A DNA stretch of 45,883 nucleotides, taken from IMG/VR virus record IMGVR_UViG_3300010362_000005, positions 1 to 45,883 of that record; one strand, given 5' to 3'. The translations under genes were made by a program, and so were the position numbers. The stretch comes from a virus. Taxonomy: Duplodnaviria > Caudoviricetes. This document shows, piece after piece, positions 34,109 through 44,778 of the stretch; within the stretch, counting starts at the first letter, position 1; each line of letters opens with the position of its first letter. The notes below the pieces were generated by a model that had not been told where the DNA came from, did not search any database, and saw nothing but the letters and a program-made list of their open reading frames with translations.

Positions 34109-36511
34109 TTGCGGGTTGAGACGTTCGTGACCACGCCCGTCGCGCCGCCCATGCTCGCCATGACCGACTTGCCGCTCACCGATGCGGTCATGCGCGACCT
34201 GTTCGGTCCAGAGGCCGAGGTAGGGCCGTCGGGCGACCCGCAGCGCGCAAACGAAGTCACGGCCCCTAACCTGCCCGAGACCGATGACCTCGTCGAACCG
34301 ATCGAGCGCTATCGCGCGCTCATGGCCGCACTCTACGGCTCGGATTTCCCGCTCATCGACGCGTTCGATCGCTTGACGAGCGAGGACCCCGCGTTCGCCG
34401 CCGAGGGCCGCATGCCGACTCTGGAGCAAATGCTCCCGCTCACCGAGGCGAGCGCGTGGGCGACATGGGTGCGCGGCCGCTGGACCTATCACGCCGCGGC
34501 GGTGCAGCAGCACCTCTACCTCGTCGCGCGGAACCGGCTCTTTCGCGCCGGCCACCAGTGGGTCTCGTCGCGCGGCAACGGCCCGTGGACGACGCCCACA
34601 CGGCCGGCCGAGACCGCGCGCGTCGTGCACAACGTCATCGGCCCCGCGCTCGACCAGCGCATTCAGGTCATCACCGAGCAGCGGCCGTCGTTTCAAGTCG
34701 ATCCCTCGGCACTCTCGCCCGACGAGAAGCGCAAGGCCGAAGGCCGGCAGCAAGCATTAGAGTTTCAGTACGACGGCCAGCACATGCAACAGATGACCCA
34801 GGAAGCGAGCTACTGGGCCGGCACCGACGGCGTCGCCTTCTGGGAAGTGTACTGGGACCGCGACGCCGGCCCGTGGGACCAGCGCATGAGCGCCACGGGC
34901 GCGAAGAAGCCGCTCGGCGATTTGCGCACTAAGACGCGCCGGTGCGACCAAGTGCGCGTGAGCGCCAACGCGACGTCGACCGAGCCGCCCTACTACCTCA
35001 TGGTGCGCGACGTCATCCCCGAGACCGAAGCCGCCTACGTGTACGGCGCCTCGGGCGTGCAGCCGGGCGCCACGCAGCGCGGCGCGCAGCACGACGATCG
35101 GAGCGACGCGCCGGCGGGCCAAGGCGACTCGGGCTCACCGAGCTGGGTGCTCACGCAGACGATCGTCGGCGAAGGCTTTCGCATGTCGAACGTGAACACG
35201 GTCGAGCGATTCACGATGTACGTCGATCGGCACCCCGATGTGCTGCCGGAAGGGCTCCAGCTCACCGTGCTCGATCACTCCGTCGTGTGGGGCCCGGGCG
35301 AGCTGCTCTTTGGGATGATCCCCGTGGTGCCCGTGCGCGATGGCTCGACCGACCCGTCGTTCTACCCGCGGCCGATCATGGAGCAGTGGGTCGCGCCGCA
35401 AATGCGCATCAACGCCGCGCTCTCGCTGTGGGTGAATTCGGTGCGCGTCAACTCCGGCGGCCGCTTCCTCGCCAAGCCGGATGCGGTGTCACGTGAGACC
35501 TTCATGGGCTCGGGCCTCTCGATCATCGAAGTCGAAGCGCCCGGGCCGATCGGCGAAGCGCTTCAGCCGGTGCAAGGGTTCTTGGTCGGGCCCGACGTCA
35601 AAGACTTGATCGCATTCGACACGAAGGCCTTCGAGGACATGTCGGGCTACAACGACGTGTCCCGTGGCCAGGTCTCGAACGAGACCGCCACCGCGGTGGC
35701 CGCCGCCAACGAGCAGATCACGCGTGTGTTCACGCCGCCCGTGGCCGCCGTCGCCAACGCCATGACGATCTGGGCGAAGGTCAACCTCGCCGGCATGGCG
35801 TGGGGCTACGACATCCCGCGCGACGTGGGCGCCGTCGGTGCCGATCGACCAGACTTGGCCCGCGCGCTCTCGGCCAAAGACTTCGAGGGCCCGTCCACGG
35901 TCATCGTCGACGCCGAGAAGATGCTCCCGATGCCCAAGGTGTACCGGCTCCAGATCATGGACGACTGGTTCAACCGCGGGCTCATCTCGGGCCAGCAGTA
36001 CATGCGCAACGTGAAGTTTGGGTCCTTCAAGAATCTCTCAACACCGGACGAGGACCAAGACGCGCGCGCGAAACGGATCGCCGACGCGATTCGGAACGGG
36101 CAACAGCTCCCGATGGCTGACCCGGCCGACCCGAACGCCGCCGCGATGACGGCGCAGCTCGCGTCGCAACCGCTGGCAATTCGCTGGAGCGACAACGAAG
36201 CGATCCATCAAGACGTGCTGGAACGCGACATTCTGCTGCACGACGACTTGGACGCCGCCATCATCGACGAAGCGTCCAAGCGCTGGAAGCTGCTCGCCGC
36301 CCAAGCCGCTTTGAAAGGCGGCGCGATGGGCGGCGGCGCACCCGCAGGACCCGGAGGACCGCCCGCGCCGGGCGGCGGTCCACCCGAAGGCGCACCACCC
36401 GGCGCTGGCCCTGTTGCTGGCCCCATGACCGCACCGCCCGGCCCACCACCGCCGGCGCCAGTCCCCGCAGGGGGACCGCTCGCGTCGCCCGGGATGACCG
36501 TGGCTCCCTAG
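34109..36511 (+). CDS. Portal protein (podovirus type)
   Basis: ~790 aa; GHQW..VVHNVIGP..; FEDMSGYNDVSRG..ETATAV; precedes scaffold and capsid; start may be 34127 or 34151. Confidence 0.85.
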   Translation: MRVETFVTTPVAPPMLAMTDLPLTDAVMRDLFGPEAEVGPSGDPQRANEVTAPNLPETDDLVEPIERYRALMAALYGSDFPLIDAFDRLTSEDPAFAAEGRMPTLEQMLPLTEASAWATWVRGRWTYHAAAVQQHLYLVARNRLFRAGHQWVSSRGNGPWTTPTRPAETARVVHNVIGPALDQRIQVITEQRPSFQVDPSALSPDEKRKAEGRQQALEFQYDGQHMQQMTQEASYWAGTDGVAFWEVYWDRDAGPWDQRMSATGAKKPLGDLRTKTRRCDQVRVSANATSTEPPYYLMVRDVIPETEAAYVYGASGVQPGATQRGAQHDDRSDAPAGQGDSGSPSWVLTQTIVGEGFRMSNVNTVERFTMYVDRHPDVLPEGLQLTVLDHSVVWGPGELLFGMIPVVPVRDGSTDPSFYPRPIMEQWVAPQMRINAALSLWVNSVRVNSGGRFLAKPDAVSRETFMGSGLSIIEVEAPGPIGEALQPVQGFLVGPDVKDLIAFDTKAFEDMSGYNDVSRGQVSNETATAVAAANEQITRVFTPPVAAVANAMTIWAKVNLAGMAWGYDIPRDVGAVGADRPDLARALSAKDFEGPSTVIVDAEKMLPMPKVYRLQIMDDWFNRGLISGQQYMRNVKFGSFKNLSTPDEDQDARAKRIADAIRNGQQLPMADPADPNAAAMTAQLASQPLAIRWSDNEAIHQDVLERDILLHDDLDAAIIDEASKRWKLLAAQAALKGGAMGGGAPAGPGGPPAPGGGPPEGAPPGAGPVAGPMTAPPGPPPPAPVPAGGPLASPGMTVAP

Positions 36512-36546
36512 TTCGCACATAGGCGAACGCTCAATAGGAAACTGAT

Positions 36547-37800
36547 ATGACTGCCATCGCGCCCGTCGCTCCCGACGGGGCCTCGACCGCGCCCGCCACT
36601 CCCGTTGCCCCAGCGGCACCCGCCGCGCCGGACTTCGAGGGGCTGGATGCGATGGAGCGCACGATCGCGCAGACGATGCACGAGTCGCGCGAGCTGTTGG
36701 CCGAGGACAAGCCGATCACCGATCGGCCCCGCGATCCGAAAACCGGCCAGTTCGTGCCGCGCGCGCACGCCGAGGCCGGCTGGAACGTGGTGCCGGACGT
36801 TCCGTCGCCAGAGAGCGAAACGACCGAAACACCGGCAGACATCGTCGCGCCCGAGGGGCATGTCATTCCCAAGGCGCTCGACGCCTCGAAAGTGCAAGGG
36901 TTCCGCGTCCTCGATGCCGAGGGCGAAATCGTCCCGCCAGACCTCACGTTCGAGGTCAATTTCCGCGGGCCGAACGGCGAGAACCAGCCGCGCCTGCTCG
37001 ACGTTCCCAAACTCGTGAACTACGCCCGCATGGGCGTCTACAATCACGAGCGTGAGCAGCAAGCGGTCGCCGTGCAGCAGCACAACACGCAGCTCACGAG
37101 TCAAGTCGCGCAGTACGACCAAGCGCTCCGTCAGATGCAGCAGGAGCGCGCGCTGTTGTTGTCGGACCCGGACTATCTGCTGAAGCAGCTCGCGCTGTAC
37201 GAGCAGCAGAACACGCCGGAAGCGCGCGCGCAGCAGGAGCGCGAACAGCTAGAGCAGCAACGCCAAGCACTCGCCTACCAGGCCGCCGGCCAGGAGAACG
37301 AGCGCTACATGGAGCAGAAGCTCGAGCCCGCGCTCGACTTCATCGCCAAGACGTATCCGAACGTCACGCTCCAAGACTTGGCCGAGCAGCTCGTCCGACT
37401 CGCTGAGCCCTACACCGTCCAAACGCCCTTCGGGCCAATCATCAACCCGCAGGCGCATCCACATATCGCGCAGCTCGTCGTGCAGCAGCTCGCACCGTGG
37501 GCCGAACAACGGCACATGGCGATGGAAGAGCGCTTCAGCGCCGCGCGCGCACCGACGGCCCCGCCGGCAGCAGCACCACCCGCCGCCACGCCGCCGTCTC
37601 CCGCACCACCAACTCCGTCGAACGCCGAGCTGCAAGCGCGTGCGCAGCGTGCGCGGCGCATGGCCACGGCGACGACCAAACCGCCGGGTGGGAACGGCGC
37701 GACGCCGCAGGGCGCGTCTCCCCCCACGCCTCCGACCAGCAATCGCGACCTCCAAGACTTCATCGTGGGTCGCGCGCTTGCTCAAACGCGCGGCGGGTGA
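36547..37800 (+). CDS. Capsid scaffolding protein
   Basis: RPRDPKTGQF motif, Gln-rich coiled coil, Pro-rich tail; between portal and capsid. Confidence 0.75.
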   Translation: MTAIAPVAPDGASTAPATPVAPAAPAAPDFEGLDAMERTIAQTMHESRELLAEDKPITDRPRDPKTGQFVPRAHAEAGWNVVPDVPSPESETTETPADIVAPEGHVIPKALDASKVQGFRVLDAEGEIVPPDLTFEVNFRGPNGENQPRLLDVPKLVNYARMGVYNHEREQQAVAVQQHNTQLTSQVAQYDQALRQMQQERALLLSDPDYLLKQLALYEQQNTPEARAQQEREQLEQQRQALAYQAAGQENERYMEQKLEPALDFIAKTYPNVTLQDLAEQLVRLAEPYTVQTPFGPIINPQAHPHIAQLVVQQLAPWAEQRHMAMEERFSAARAPTAPPAAAPPAATPPSPAPPTPSNAELQARAQRARRMATATTKPPGGNGATPQGASPPTPPTSNRDLQDFIVGRALAQTRGG

Positions 37801-37826
37801 CCGCTGGCGCAGTGAGAGAACCCTAA

Positions 37827-39155
37827 ATGCCGGCTCCAACCCTCATCACCGATGCAGACCTCTCGGGTCTGCTCAAGAATCTCTACAACAACTTCCGGCT
37901 CTACGCGCAGAACACGGTCTGCCCGTTTCTCGCGCAGTTAGAGAAAGCGAACACCAAGACCGTGCGCTGGGGTGGCAACGGCGCCTTCTGGGACGTCGTC
38001 GTCGGACGGCCGTCGGGCGCCACGTGGTCGCAGGGCGGCTTCTTCCCGCCCGACACGTTCGCCGCCGAAAAGCAGGCGTCGACCGGCGTTGCGCGCGGGT
38101 ACGCGACACGCCAGATCGACGGGCTCCTCAACCTCGGCACGATGTCCAAGGACGCCGCGTTTGAGAAGATTCTCAACAAGACGTACAAGGAAATTCGGAG
38201 CGCGTGCCGCCTGCTGATGCAGGGCGCGCTGCACGGCGCCGGGAACGGCGTGCTCGCGGCCGTCGCCACCGTCACCGACACCACGCACATCGTCGTCACC
38301 AGCCCCTACGGCGTGGCCGGCGCGGGCCAAGGCGCGCTCTTGTTGGCGCCGGGCGACTTCATCGCCGTGCGCGATGTCACGGGCGCCACGCTGCGCGGGA
38401 AGGCGTCGATCACGGCCATCACGGCGGTGTCGGCGACGAGCCCGAACGCGACGCTCACGTTGTCGTCGGCGGTCGCCGGCATGCTCGCGACCGATGTCAT
38501 CGTCAAGGCGACGACCTCGGACGACGCCTGGACCGGCACGCCCGGCACCGGCGTTCCGAATGGCCTCATCAACATCACCAACCGCGGCGGCGCGTACCCG
38601 AATCTGCACGGGCTGGGCGCCGGCACGTGGCCCATTTGGGATTGCGTGCGCATGGTCGCCGGCACCGACACGCCGAGCGTCACCGCGCCGACCGAGGACG
38701 ACATCTGGCAAATGATCCGTCGCGCCGCGAACTGGAGCGGCGAGGACGCGATGCTCCAGCCCGATGAATTCATTCTCATGATGGGCCCGGGCATGATGCA
38801 GCAAATCATGAAATCCCTCTCGGGCCAGCGCCGATTCACCGCCGAGGAGTTCAGTAAGAAGATCAAAGGCGGCTATCGCGCGCTCGAAGTGTGCGGGCTC
38901 CCCGCGTTCGAGGACTACTACACGCCGGCGGGCACGATCTACCTCGTGCACAAGTCGTCGATCGCGTGGGTGGACGCCAAGGATTGGTCGTTCATCGAAT
39001 TCGAGGGCTCCGGCCAATGGCGGTGGATTCAAGGGCGCGACGCGTTCGAGACGACCTATGGGTCGTACGTCAACATCGCCACGCTCGTGCGGAACCCGCA
39101 CGCCTCGATCACCGGCTACACCGACACCACGTACTACACGCACGTCTCGCGGTAA
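37827..39155 (+). CDS. Major capsid protein
   Basis: 442 aa; LSGLLKNLY N-arm, beta insertion domain, PNGLINI, C-terminal NPHASITG; followed by a hairpin. Confidence 0.85.
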   Translation: MPAPTLITDADLSGLLKNLYNNFRLYAQNTVCPFLAQLEKANTKTVRWGGNGAFWDVVVGRPSGATWSQGGFFPPDTFAAEKQASTGVARGYATRQIDGLLNLGTMSKDAAFEKILNKTYKEIRSACRLLMQGALHGAGNGVLAAVATVTDTTHIVVTSPYGVAGAGQGALLLAPGDFIAVRDVTGATLRGKASITAITAVSATSPNATLTLSSAVAGMLATDVIVKATTSDDAWTGTPGTGVPNGLINITNRGGAYPNLHGLGAGTWPIWDCVRMVAGTDTPSVTAPTEDDIWQMIRRAANWSGEDAMLQPDEFILMMGPGMMQQIMKSLSGQRRFTAEEFSKKIKGGYRALEVCGLPAFEDYYTPAGTIYLVHKSSIAWVDAKDWSFIEFEGSGQWRWIQGRDAFETTYGSYVNIATLVRNPHASITGYTDTTYYTHVSR

Positions 39156-39174
39156 ATCGCGCGCTCACAACGCC

Positions 39175-39202
39175 ACGGGCCCGGGCTCCACGCCGGGCCC
39201 GT
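39175..39202 (+). terminator. Stem-loop after the capsid gene
   Basis: ACGGGCCCGG-N8-CCGGGCCCGT; weak U-tract. Confidence 0.6.
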
Positions 39203-39229
39203 TGACATTCCCCTCATTCGAGAACTGCA

Positions 39230-39631
39230 ATGGCTGACTACAAGATTTGGACGGTGTGTCCCGCCGGCACAGTGCCGTCCCTCGACGCCGCACTCGACGC
39301 CTTCGCGTGGCGCATTGGGACGCCCGAGGTCCCGGCGAAGCCGGCGATCCCAGGCGACCCCACCGCGGTGCCCCCGGTGCCAGACACCCCGGCCGTGCCG
39401 GCCGTCCCGGCAACGCAGGGCACGCCGTCAGAGGACGACGAAAAAGGCGTCGCCATCAAAACGGCGGCGGCCGAGCAGGGCTACGCGCAGCGCCGAATTC
39501 TCAAAGCCGTGTTCGACCTCATCGCCCCGGCCATGACGCCGCTGCCGCCGCTCCCCCAGCCGCCGGCCGCTGACGGTTCGACGGTTGCCGCGCCGCAGGC
39601 GGCCGCGCCAACCTTTGAGAGCGTGCCGTGA
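39230..39631 (+). CDS. Pro-rich putative virion protein
   Basis: (PxV)n triplets PEVPAKPAIP...PAVPAVPAT. Confidence 0.6.
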   Translation: MADYKIWTVCPAGTVPSLDAALDAFAWRIGTPEVPAKPAIPGDPTAVPPVPDTPAVPAVPATQGTPSEDDEKGVAIKTAAAEQGYAQRRILKAVFDLIAPAMTPLPPLPQPPAADGSTVAAPQAAAPTFESVP

Positions 39632-40083
39632 GCGTGCGGCCCGAGCTGCTCATCCGAGGGCTGGACGAGGTCCCGCTCCCGCCCTCGGACCTCCTCGCGG
39701 AAATCGAGCGCCGGTGTCCCGGCGCTGGCTTGCTCTACACGCGCGTGAGCTGGGCCATCACGCTCAAGTGGCGCGAGGACGACCCGCGCCGGCGCTTCAT
39801 CCAGTCCGGCGAGATGCAGCCGCACGGCGACTTCGACGTGGTCGGGCACTTGCCCGTCACGTGCTCACTCGACGAGGCGCCGGCGTTGATCGAACGCGAA
39901 TTAAAGAATTGGCCCGAGGACGCGTTCAGGGATCTGCGCACCGCAATCAATCAGTGGAACGACGTCGGGCGCGAGGCGGCCGTGGAAGAAAAAGTGATGG
40001 GCGAAGTCTGGAACGACATCGACAAGGGCCCGGGCACCGCGCGCGGCGCTGACGGGAAGTTCAAGCCGAAGCCCAAGAAATGA
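39628..40083 (+). CDS. Hypothetical virion-module protein
   Basis: 151 aa; coupled on both sides; ends RGADGKF, a motif like that in the scaffold. Confidence 0.6.
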   Translation: MSVRPELLIRGLDEVPLPPSDLLAEIERRCPGAGLLYTRVSWAITLKWREDDPRRRFIQSGEMQPHGDFDVVGHLPVTCSLDEAPALIERELKNWPEDAFRDLRTAINQWNDVGREAAVEEKVMGEVWNDIDKGPGTARGADGKFKPKPKK

Positions 40084-40790
40084 ACCGCAGCGAGTTCGTC
40101 ACCGCCGTCGCGGCGTATCTCGACGGCGAGGGATCGAATCGGTGGACGCCGCGGCTGGTGCTCGACATGGGCGGGATGGTCATGACCAACGAGTGGTCAG
40201 ACATCCTGAACCAGAACAAGGCCGCGCGCTGGGCGATGCGCTCCGTCATCACGGACGCGCAAGGCCAAGTGCCGTTCTCGGCACTCGACAAAGTGGCGCC
40301 GCCGCCGCCGGGCACGGGTGTCCCCCCAGGCGACGACACGGCCGAATACTTCTATCGCGTCATCGGGGGCTTCACCGATGGTGCGCGCGTGTGGGGCGAG
40401 GTCACCGCTGACGAGCTCCCGGCGGCCGTGCTCGCCGGCGCCCTCGTGCCGATCGTGCCGTGCTTCGTCCAGACCGGCGAGATGTTCCAGCTCTTGCCCG
40501 CCATCCCCGGGCAGTTGCTCTCGGTCGCGGTGAGCCACACACCGCCCACGATCGCGCAGCTCGCGGGTGACCTGTCGACGATCCAATTCCCGCGGGGCTA
40601 TGAGTATATCCTAGTCTGGGTCACGGCGGCGACGCTCTTGATGAAGGGTGGCGCCGAGTCGCAGGCCGCGGCCGACTTGTTCTCGCTCGCCGACGGCGCG
40701 CGCAAGAACATGCTCGGCGACATCGCGCGCCGGACGACGGCCCCGACGTTCGCCGCGTTCAGTGACGCGGCCGGAGATTGGGCCGGGTAA
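40080..40790 (+). CDS. Head-tail adaptor
   Basis: MNRSEFVTAV...FPRGYEYILVWVTAA..LMK pattern; position after capsid. Confidence 0.7.
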   Translation: MNRSEFVTAVAAYLDGEGSNRWTPRLVLDMGGMVMTNEWSDILNQNKAARWAMRSVITDAQGQVPFSALDKVAPPPPGTGVPPGDDTAEYFYRVIGGFTDGARVWGEVTADELPAAVLAGALVPIVPCFVQTGEMFQLLPAIPGQLLSVAVSHTPPTIAQLAGDLSTIQFPRGYEYILVWVTAATLLMKGGAESQAAADLFSLADGARKNMLGDIARRTTAPTFAAFSDAAGDWAG

Positions 40791-40792
40791 CG

Positions 40793-42367
40793 ATGTCCCC
40801 GCTCATGATTGCGTCGCGGCCGTTGGTCGTGTCGCAAGGCCGGCCGCAGGTTGGCGACGAAGAAACACGGTTCGCCGGCGGGCTCAATATCGTCTCGGCC
40901 GACGACGCGCTCGGCGCCGATCAATTCCGACGCGGCGAGAACGGTCGCCTCACGATCTTCGGCGCGTTCCAAAAGCGCGGCGGCACACAGCGCACCGCGC
41001 CCGCCTTGGTCGCCGGCTCGCCGATCCAGAACGGTCAACCGTGGGCCCCGGGGACCGGCGCGAAACAGACGCTCGTTGCGGTGAACGGCACGCTCTTCAC
41101 CACGACCGGCTACACGCCGTTCCCGCTCACGTGGACGCAGCGCGGCGCGGTGCAGGCGCTGTCGCCGATCGTCGCGCCGTGGTTCACGCCGTTTATCTCG
41201 AACCTCGGCACCGAGTGCGTCTACATCGCCGACGGCGGCGCGCTCAATAAGTACCAAGCCAACGCACTCGTGACAAACCTCGCCGGCACGCCGAATTGCA
41301 CCGTGCTCGCGGCGCACAACGAACGCCTGTGGGGCGCCGGCGATCCCGCGTTCCCCGATTCTCTCTTTTACTCAGGGTTGAACGACGGCGATTCGCTCGG
41401 CGTGGGCGCCGCCGGCGGCGGGCAAATCATCGTGCGCACGTTCGGCGCGGAGAAGATCATCGGCCTGCGCTCGCTCGGCACGTCGCTCATGATCTTGCAC
41501 ACGCGCGGGGTCTCGCGGCTCACCGGCTACGGACAATCGGACATCTCGGTGCAGCCGGCGGGCATCACGCGTGACGTGGGCACGGTGGCCAAGTTCTCGC
41601 CGCTCGTCGTTGACAATTTGCTCTACTTCGTCAGTGACCGCGGCCTGTATGTGGCGAGTGAGCAGGACGTCGCGCCCGTGAACACGCCGGATCGACCGGA
41701 CCCGCTGTCGATCTATCTGCCGGCTATGAGCGCGGCGAACCTCGCCGCGATTCGCCTCACGCTCAACCGCGGCACGCGCGAGCTGATGATTCACGTGCCG
41801 GGCTACGGCATTTTCCTTTATCACACAATACTCAAAGCGTGGGCGGGGCCGTGGACCGACGGGTATCTCTCGCCGGAGACGACCGCGCTGTTCGAGTCGT
41901 ACAACGAGAACGACTATCCGATCGTGCTCGCCGGCGACGCCTCGGGCTTCGTGTCGGAGACGGATCGGCCCGGCGTCTTTCGCGACAACGTCGCACCCGA
42001 CGGCACCGGGGGCTCAGCCATCTCGATGACACTCAAGTGCCGCCGCCTCTACGCCGGCGACCCGCACGTCTCCAAAGCGTGGCGCAACGTCTATGTGCTC
42101 GCGGCGCTCGCCGGCTCCAAGTCGACGACCGTGACGTGCACGTCGGAGACCGTGAGCGACGCGCACCAGCTCGACCCGTCGAACGTCGGCACGTGGGGGT
42201 TCGGCACGTGGGGCACGGGCACGTGGGGCGCGCTCAACCAAGTGAGCTACGAGGAGCCGATGGCCGGCACCGGCTACTTCCAAGACGTGTCGATCACGGA
42301 CGCCGGCGAGGCGCTGCCGGTGTTCAGCCAGGTGCGCGTGCGCGGGTTCCTGCTCGGGCGTCGGTGA
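40793..42367 (+). CDS. Tail nozzle / tubular protein B (P22 gp10-like beta-propeller)
   Basis: FAGGLN...KRGG...HNERLW...LFYSG...IIGL...LYFVSDRGLY; GTWG x3 near the C-terminus. Confidence 0.75.
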   Translation: MSPLMIASRPLVVSQGRPQVGDEETRFAGGLNIVSADDALGADQFRRGENGRLTIFGAFQKRGGTQRTAPALVAGSPIQNGQPWAPGTGAKQTLVAVNGTLFTTTGYTPFPLTWTQRGAVQALSPIVAPWFTPFISNLGTECVYIADGGALNKYQANALVTNLAGTPNCTVLAAHNERLWGAGDPAFPDSLFYSGLNDGDSLGVGAAGGGQIIVRTFGAEKIIGLRSLGTSLMILHTRGVSRLTGYGQSDISVQPAGITRDVGTVAKFSPLVVDNLLYFVSDRGLYVASEQDVAPVNTPDRPDPLSIYLPAMSAANLAAIRLTLNRGTRELMIHVPGYGIFLYHTILKAWAGPWTDGYLSPETTALFESYNENDYPIVLAGDASGFVSETDRPGVFRDNVAPDGTGGSAISMTLKCRRLYAGDPHVSKAWRNVYVLAALAGSKSTTVTCTSETVSDAHQLDPSNVGTWGFGTWGTGTWGALNQVSYEEPMAGTGYFQDVSITDAGEALPVFSQVRVRGFLLGRR

Positions 42368-42383
42368 CCATGAGGAGACGCAA

Positions 42384-44396
42384 ATGACCATCGGGCTCGT
42401 TGGCCAAAACCAAATCACGACGTTCACGAGTCCCGTCAACGGCACGAGTCCGATCGACGCGAACGTCGTGCGCGGCAACGACAACACGAGCAAGACGGCG
42501 TTCAACGTCCACGACTCGGACGCCACGGTCCATCTCCAAAGCTCGCTCGCCTCGGCGCGCCCGCCGGCCGGCGTGCCGGGGCGCAAGTGGCTCGACTCGG
42601 ACACCTATCGCCTCTACTACGACGACGGCGCGGTGTGGCACGAGTTGGCCTACATCGGCGGCGGCGGGCCCGCCACGATCAACGGCAAGCTCACCGTCAA
42701 TGGCGACGTGCAGGCCGAGCGCAATCTCATTGCGCAGGGACCGGACAATCTCGCGACCGGCGTCATTCTCGCCAACAAGGTCGGCACGAGCACGCGCTGG
42801 TATCTCTCGACCGACGGCACGCCGGAGGGCGCGAGCGACGCCGGCGAGAATTTGGTGCTCGGTGCGTACTCGAATGCGGGAACGCTCATCGACCAGCCCA
42901 TTGGCATCGAACGGAAGGCGGGCGGGACGATCTTGGTGAAGCGACCCGTCAATCTGCTCGGCACATTGAACGTGGCCGGCAGCGTCGTGTTCAACCCGAA
43001 TCTCACCGTCGGCCTCACCGAAGCCGTCAGCCATTACATCTTTCTAAATTCGACCAATACCGCGGGCGTCGTGTTCCAGCATGACGCCACCAACAAATGG
43101 GTGATGGGCCGTGCCGTCGCCGTGGCTGGCGACGATTTCCATTTGTACAATTCTGCGCTCGGCACGCTGGCGATGGCCGTCAGTAGCGCGAACAACACCG
43201 TGACGTTCGCGGGGCCTGTTGTCATCGGCACTGATCCGGGCGGCGCGCGCCTCCTGCGCGTCGGCGGCGGCGCACTGTTCACCCAGCGCGTGACGGTGCA
43301 GGGCACAATCGCTACCGACACCGCCGCCGATTTCCAGAATTCGAGTTCGACGGGCTATGGCGTGTACGTGCTTGGTGGGAACACCACGAACTATGCTTTC
43401 GAGGTTCGTGATTATACAAACGCTCTGTTGTTCACAGTGAACGGCACGAGGGTGAGTAGCCCCCTCGACATCTCGGCGCTGACCTACAGCATCAGCGGGC
43501 AACCCTTCGCGCGTGCCGATCCAACCTATACGATCCTGCGCGCACCCGATGGCAATAGCTGTTTCCTCATCGGCGGGCCTGGTGACCCAACCAACTACTA
43601 CTACAACACCAGCCACTCATTCCGAAATCGTGCATCCACGGTGACCTACGCGATCTTATCGCAAGGCTCCCTCAACATATACAACACGAGCCCTACTCAA
43701 CTGCAACTGAACGCCCAGAACTCAGGGGGATCAGCACAACTGCTGTTTGCGAGTGGAGCCAGTAACACGCAGCGGTGGCTGGTCGGCATCAACGCCTCCA
43801 TCGGCTCGGACAATTTCGAGATTATGGATGCCGTCAGCGGCGTCGCGATGATTCGCGGGGTGCCTGGGTCGCGTCAGTGCAATCTCTCGTCGAACGCACC
43901 AGGTGGGTATGCCTGGTCGTGGAGCAATACGGGGGCGTCTCAACCCTACGGGTTGAACATGATATTCCCGAATGCCGCGCCGAACAACGCCACACAGGAC
44001 TTCCTGCATTTCAATGACAGCGTGGGGAATCGGGGTCAGTGGTATAGCAATGGCGGCATCGCCAACTACCAGGCGAACAACGTCAACTTCTCCGACGCCA
44101 CGCTGAAAGCCGTGGGCGCGGTGCTCGACCCGCGCGTGTGGTGGGACCGGCTCGCCGCCATTGAGATTCGCGCATTCAAGTATTTGGATCAGACGCACGA
44201 CGACGACAACATCGGGTTGATCGCGCAGCAGGTCCAGGCCGTCGCGCCCGAGCTGGTCGATGAAGCGATTCCAGCGACCGAGACATCGCCCGCGCTGCTC
44301 GGCGTCTATACAGCCGATCTGTTCCACGCGCATATCGCCGTCACGCAAGAACTCCAACGACGCGTGCTCGCGCTCGAAGCCAAGCTCCTCCAATAA
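42384..44396 (+). CDS. Tail fibre/spike with C-terminal intramolecular chaperone (peptidase S74)
   Basis: Beta-rich body; FSDATLK...IGLIAQQVQAVAPELV...TQELQRRVLALE. Confidence 0.85.
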   Translation: MTIGLVGQNQITTFTSPVNGTSPIDANVVRGNDNTSKTAFNVHDSDATVHLQSSLASARPPAGVPGRKWLDSDTYRLYYDDGAVWHELAYIGGGGPATINGKLTVNGDVQAERNLIAQGPDNLATGVILANKVGTSTRWYLSTDGTPEGASDAGENLVLGAYSNAGTLIDQPIGIERKAGGTILVKRPVNLLGTLNVAGSVVFNPNLTVGLTEAVSHYIFLNSTNTAGVVFQHDATNKWVMGRAVAVAGDDFHLYNSALGTLAMAVSSANNTVTFAGPVVIGTDPGGARLLRVGGGALFTQRVTVQGTIATDTAADFQNSSSTGYGVYVLGGNTTNYAFEVRDYTNALLFTVNGTRVSSPLDISALTYSISGQPFARADPTYTILRAPDGNSCFLIGGPGDPTNYYYNTSHSFRNRASTVTYAILSQGSLNIYNTSPTQLQLNAQNSGGSAQLLFASGASNTQRWLVGINASIGSDNFEIMDAVSGVAMIRGVPGSRQCNLSSNAPGGYAWSWSNTGASQPYGLNMIFPNAAPNNATQDFLHFNDSVGNRGQWYSNGGIANYQANNVNFSDATLKAVGAVLDPRVWWDRLAAIEIRAFKYLDQTHDDDNIGLIAQQVQAVAPELVDEAIPATETSPALLGVYTADLFHAHIAVTQELQRRVLALEAKLLQ

Positions 44397-44420
44397 CACT
44401 TCGCATCGAGGACCACGGTC

Positions 44421-44759
44421 ATGGCAATTAGCACTTCAGCATTAGCGAATCTCTTGGGCCGCGACCAAACCTTCATCGGTCGGGTCGCGAGCACCCTCTG
44501 CGTTCAAGCAACGACGGTCTTGAGCGAGCAAGGGGTCGGCGCAACGCATCCCCAGCGGGCTGCCTACGCGCAGCGCGCCATCCAGAATCCAACGGGCTTG
44601 GCAGCCCTCGCGGCCCCGTATCTCGCGGGCTCCACCAACGTCGTCGGCACCATCACCATCGAAGATGCCGGCGTCACCACCTCCGTCACCGACGCCGCGC
44701 TTCTCTCCCAGATCGCATCGAGCTGGGACGCGCTCGCGGGCATCGACAGCGGGAACTAA
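44421..44759 (+). CDS. Small tail-associated protein
   Basis: FIGRV...HPQRAAYA...TDAALLSQIASSWDALAG; GAGG RBS. Confidence 0.6.
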   Translation: MAISTSALANLLGRDQTFIGRVASTLCVQATTVLSEQGVGATHPQRAAYAQRAIQNPTGLAALAAPYLAGSTNVVGTITIEDAGVTTSVTDAALLSQIASSWDALAGIDSGN

Positions 44760-44778
44760 CCGCGATTAGGAGACTCTC

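Noticed and set aside
42188-42228. GGCACGTGGGG triple repeat as a regulatory array
   Set aside because: Explained by the GTWG peptide repeats in the nozzle protein.
42384-44396. Diversity-generating retroelement targeting the tail fibre
   Set aside because: No reverse transcriptase motif and no template/variable repeat pair seen.
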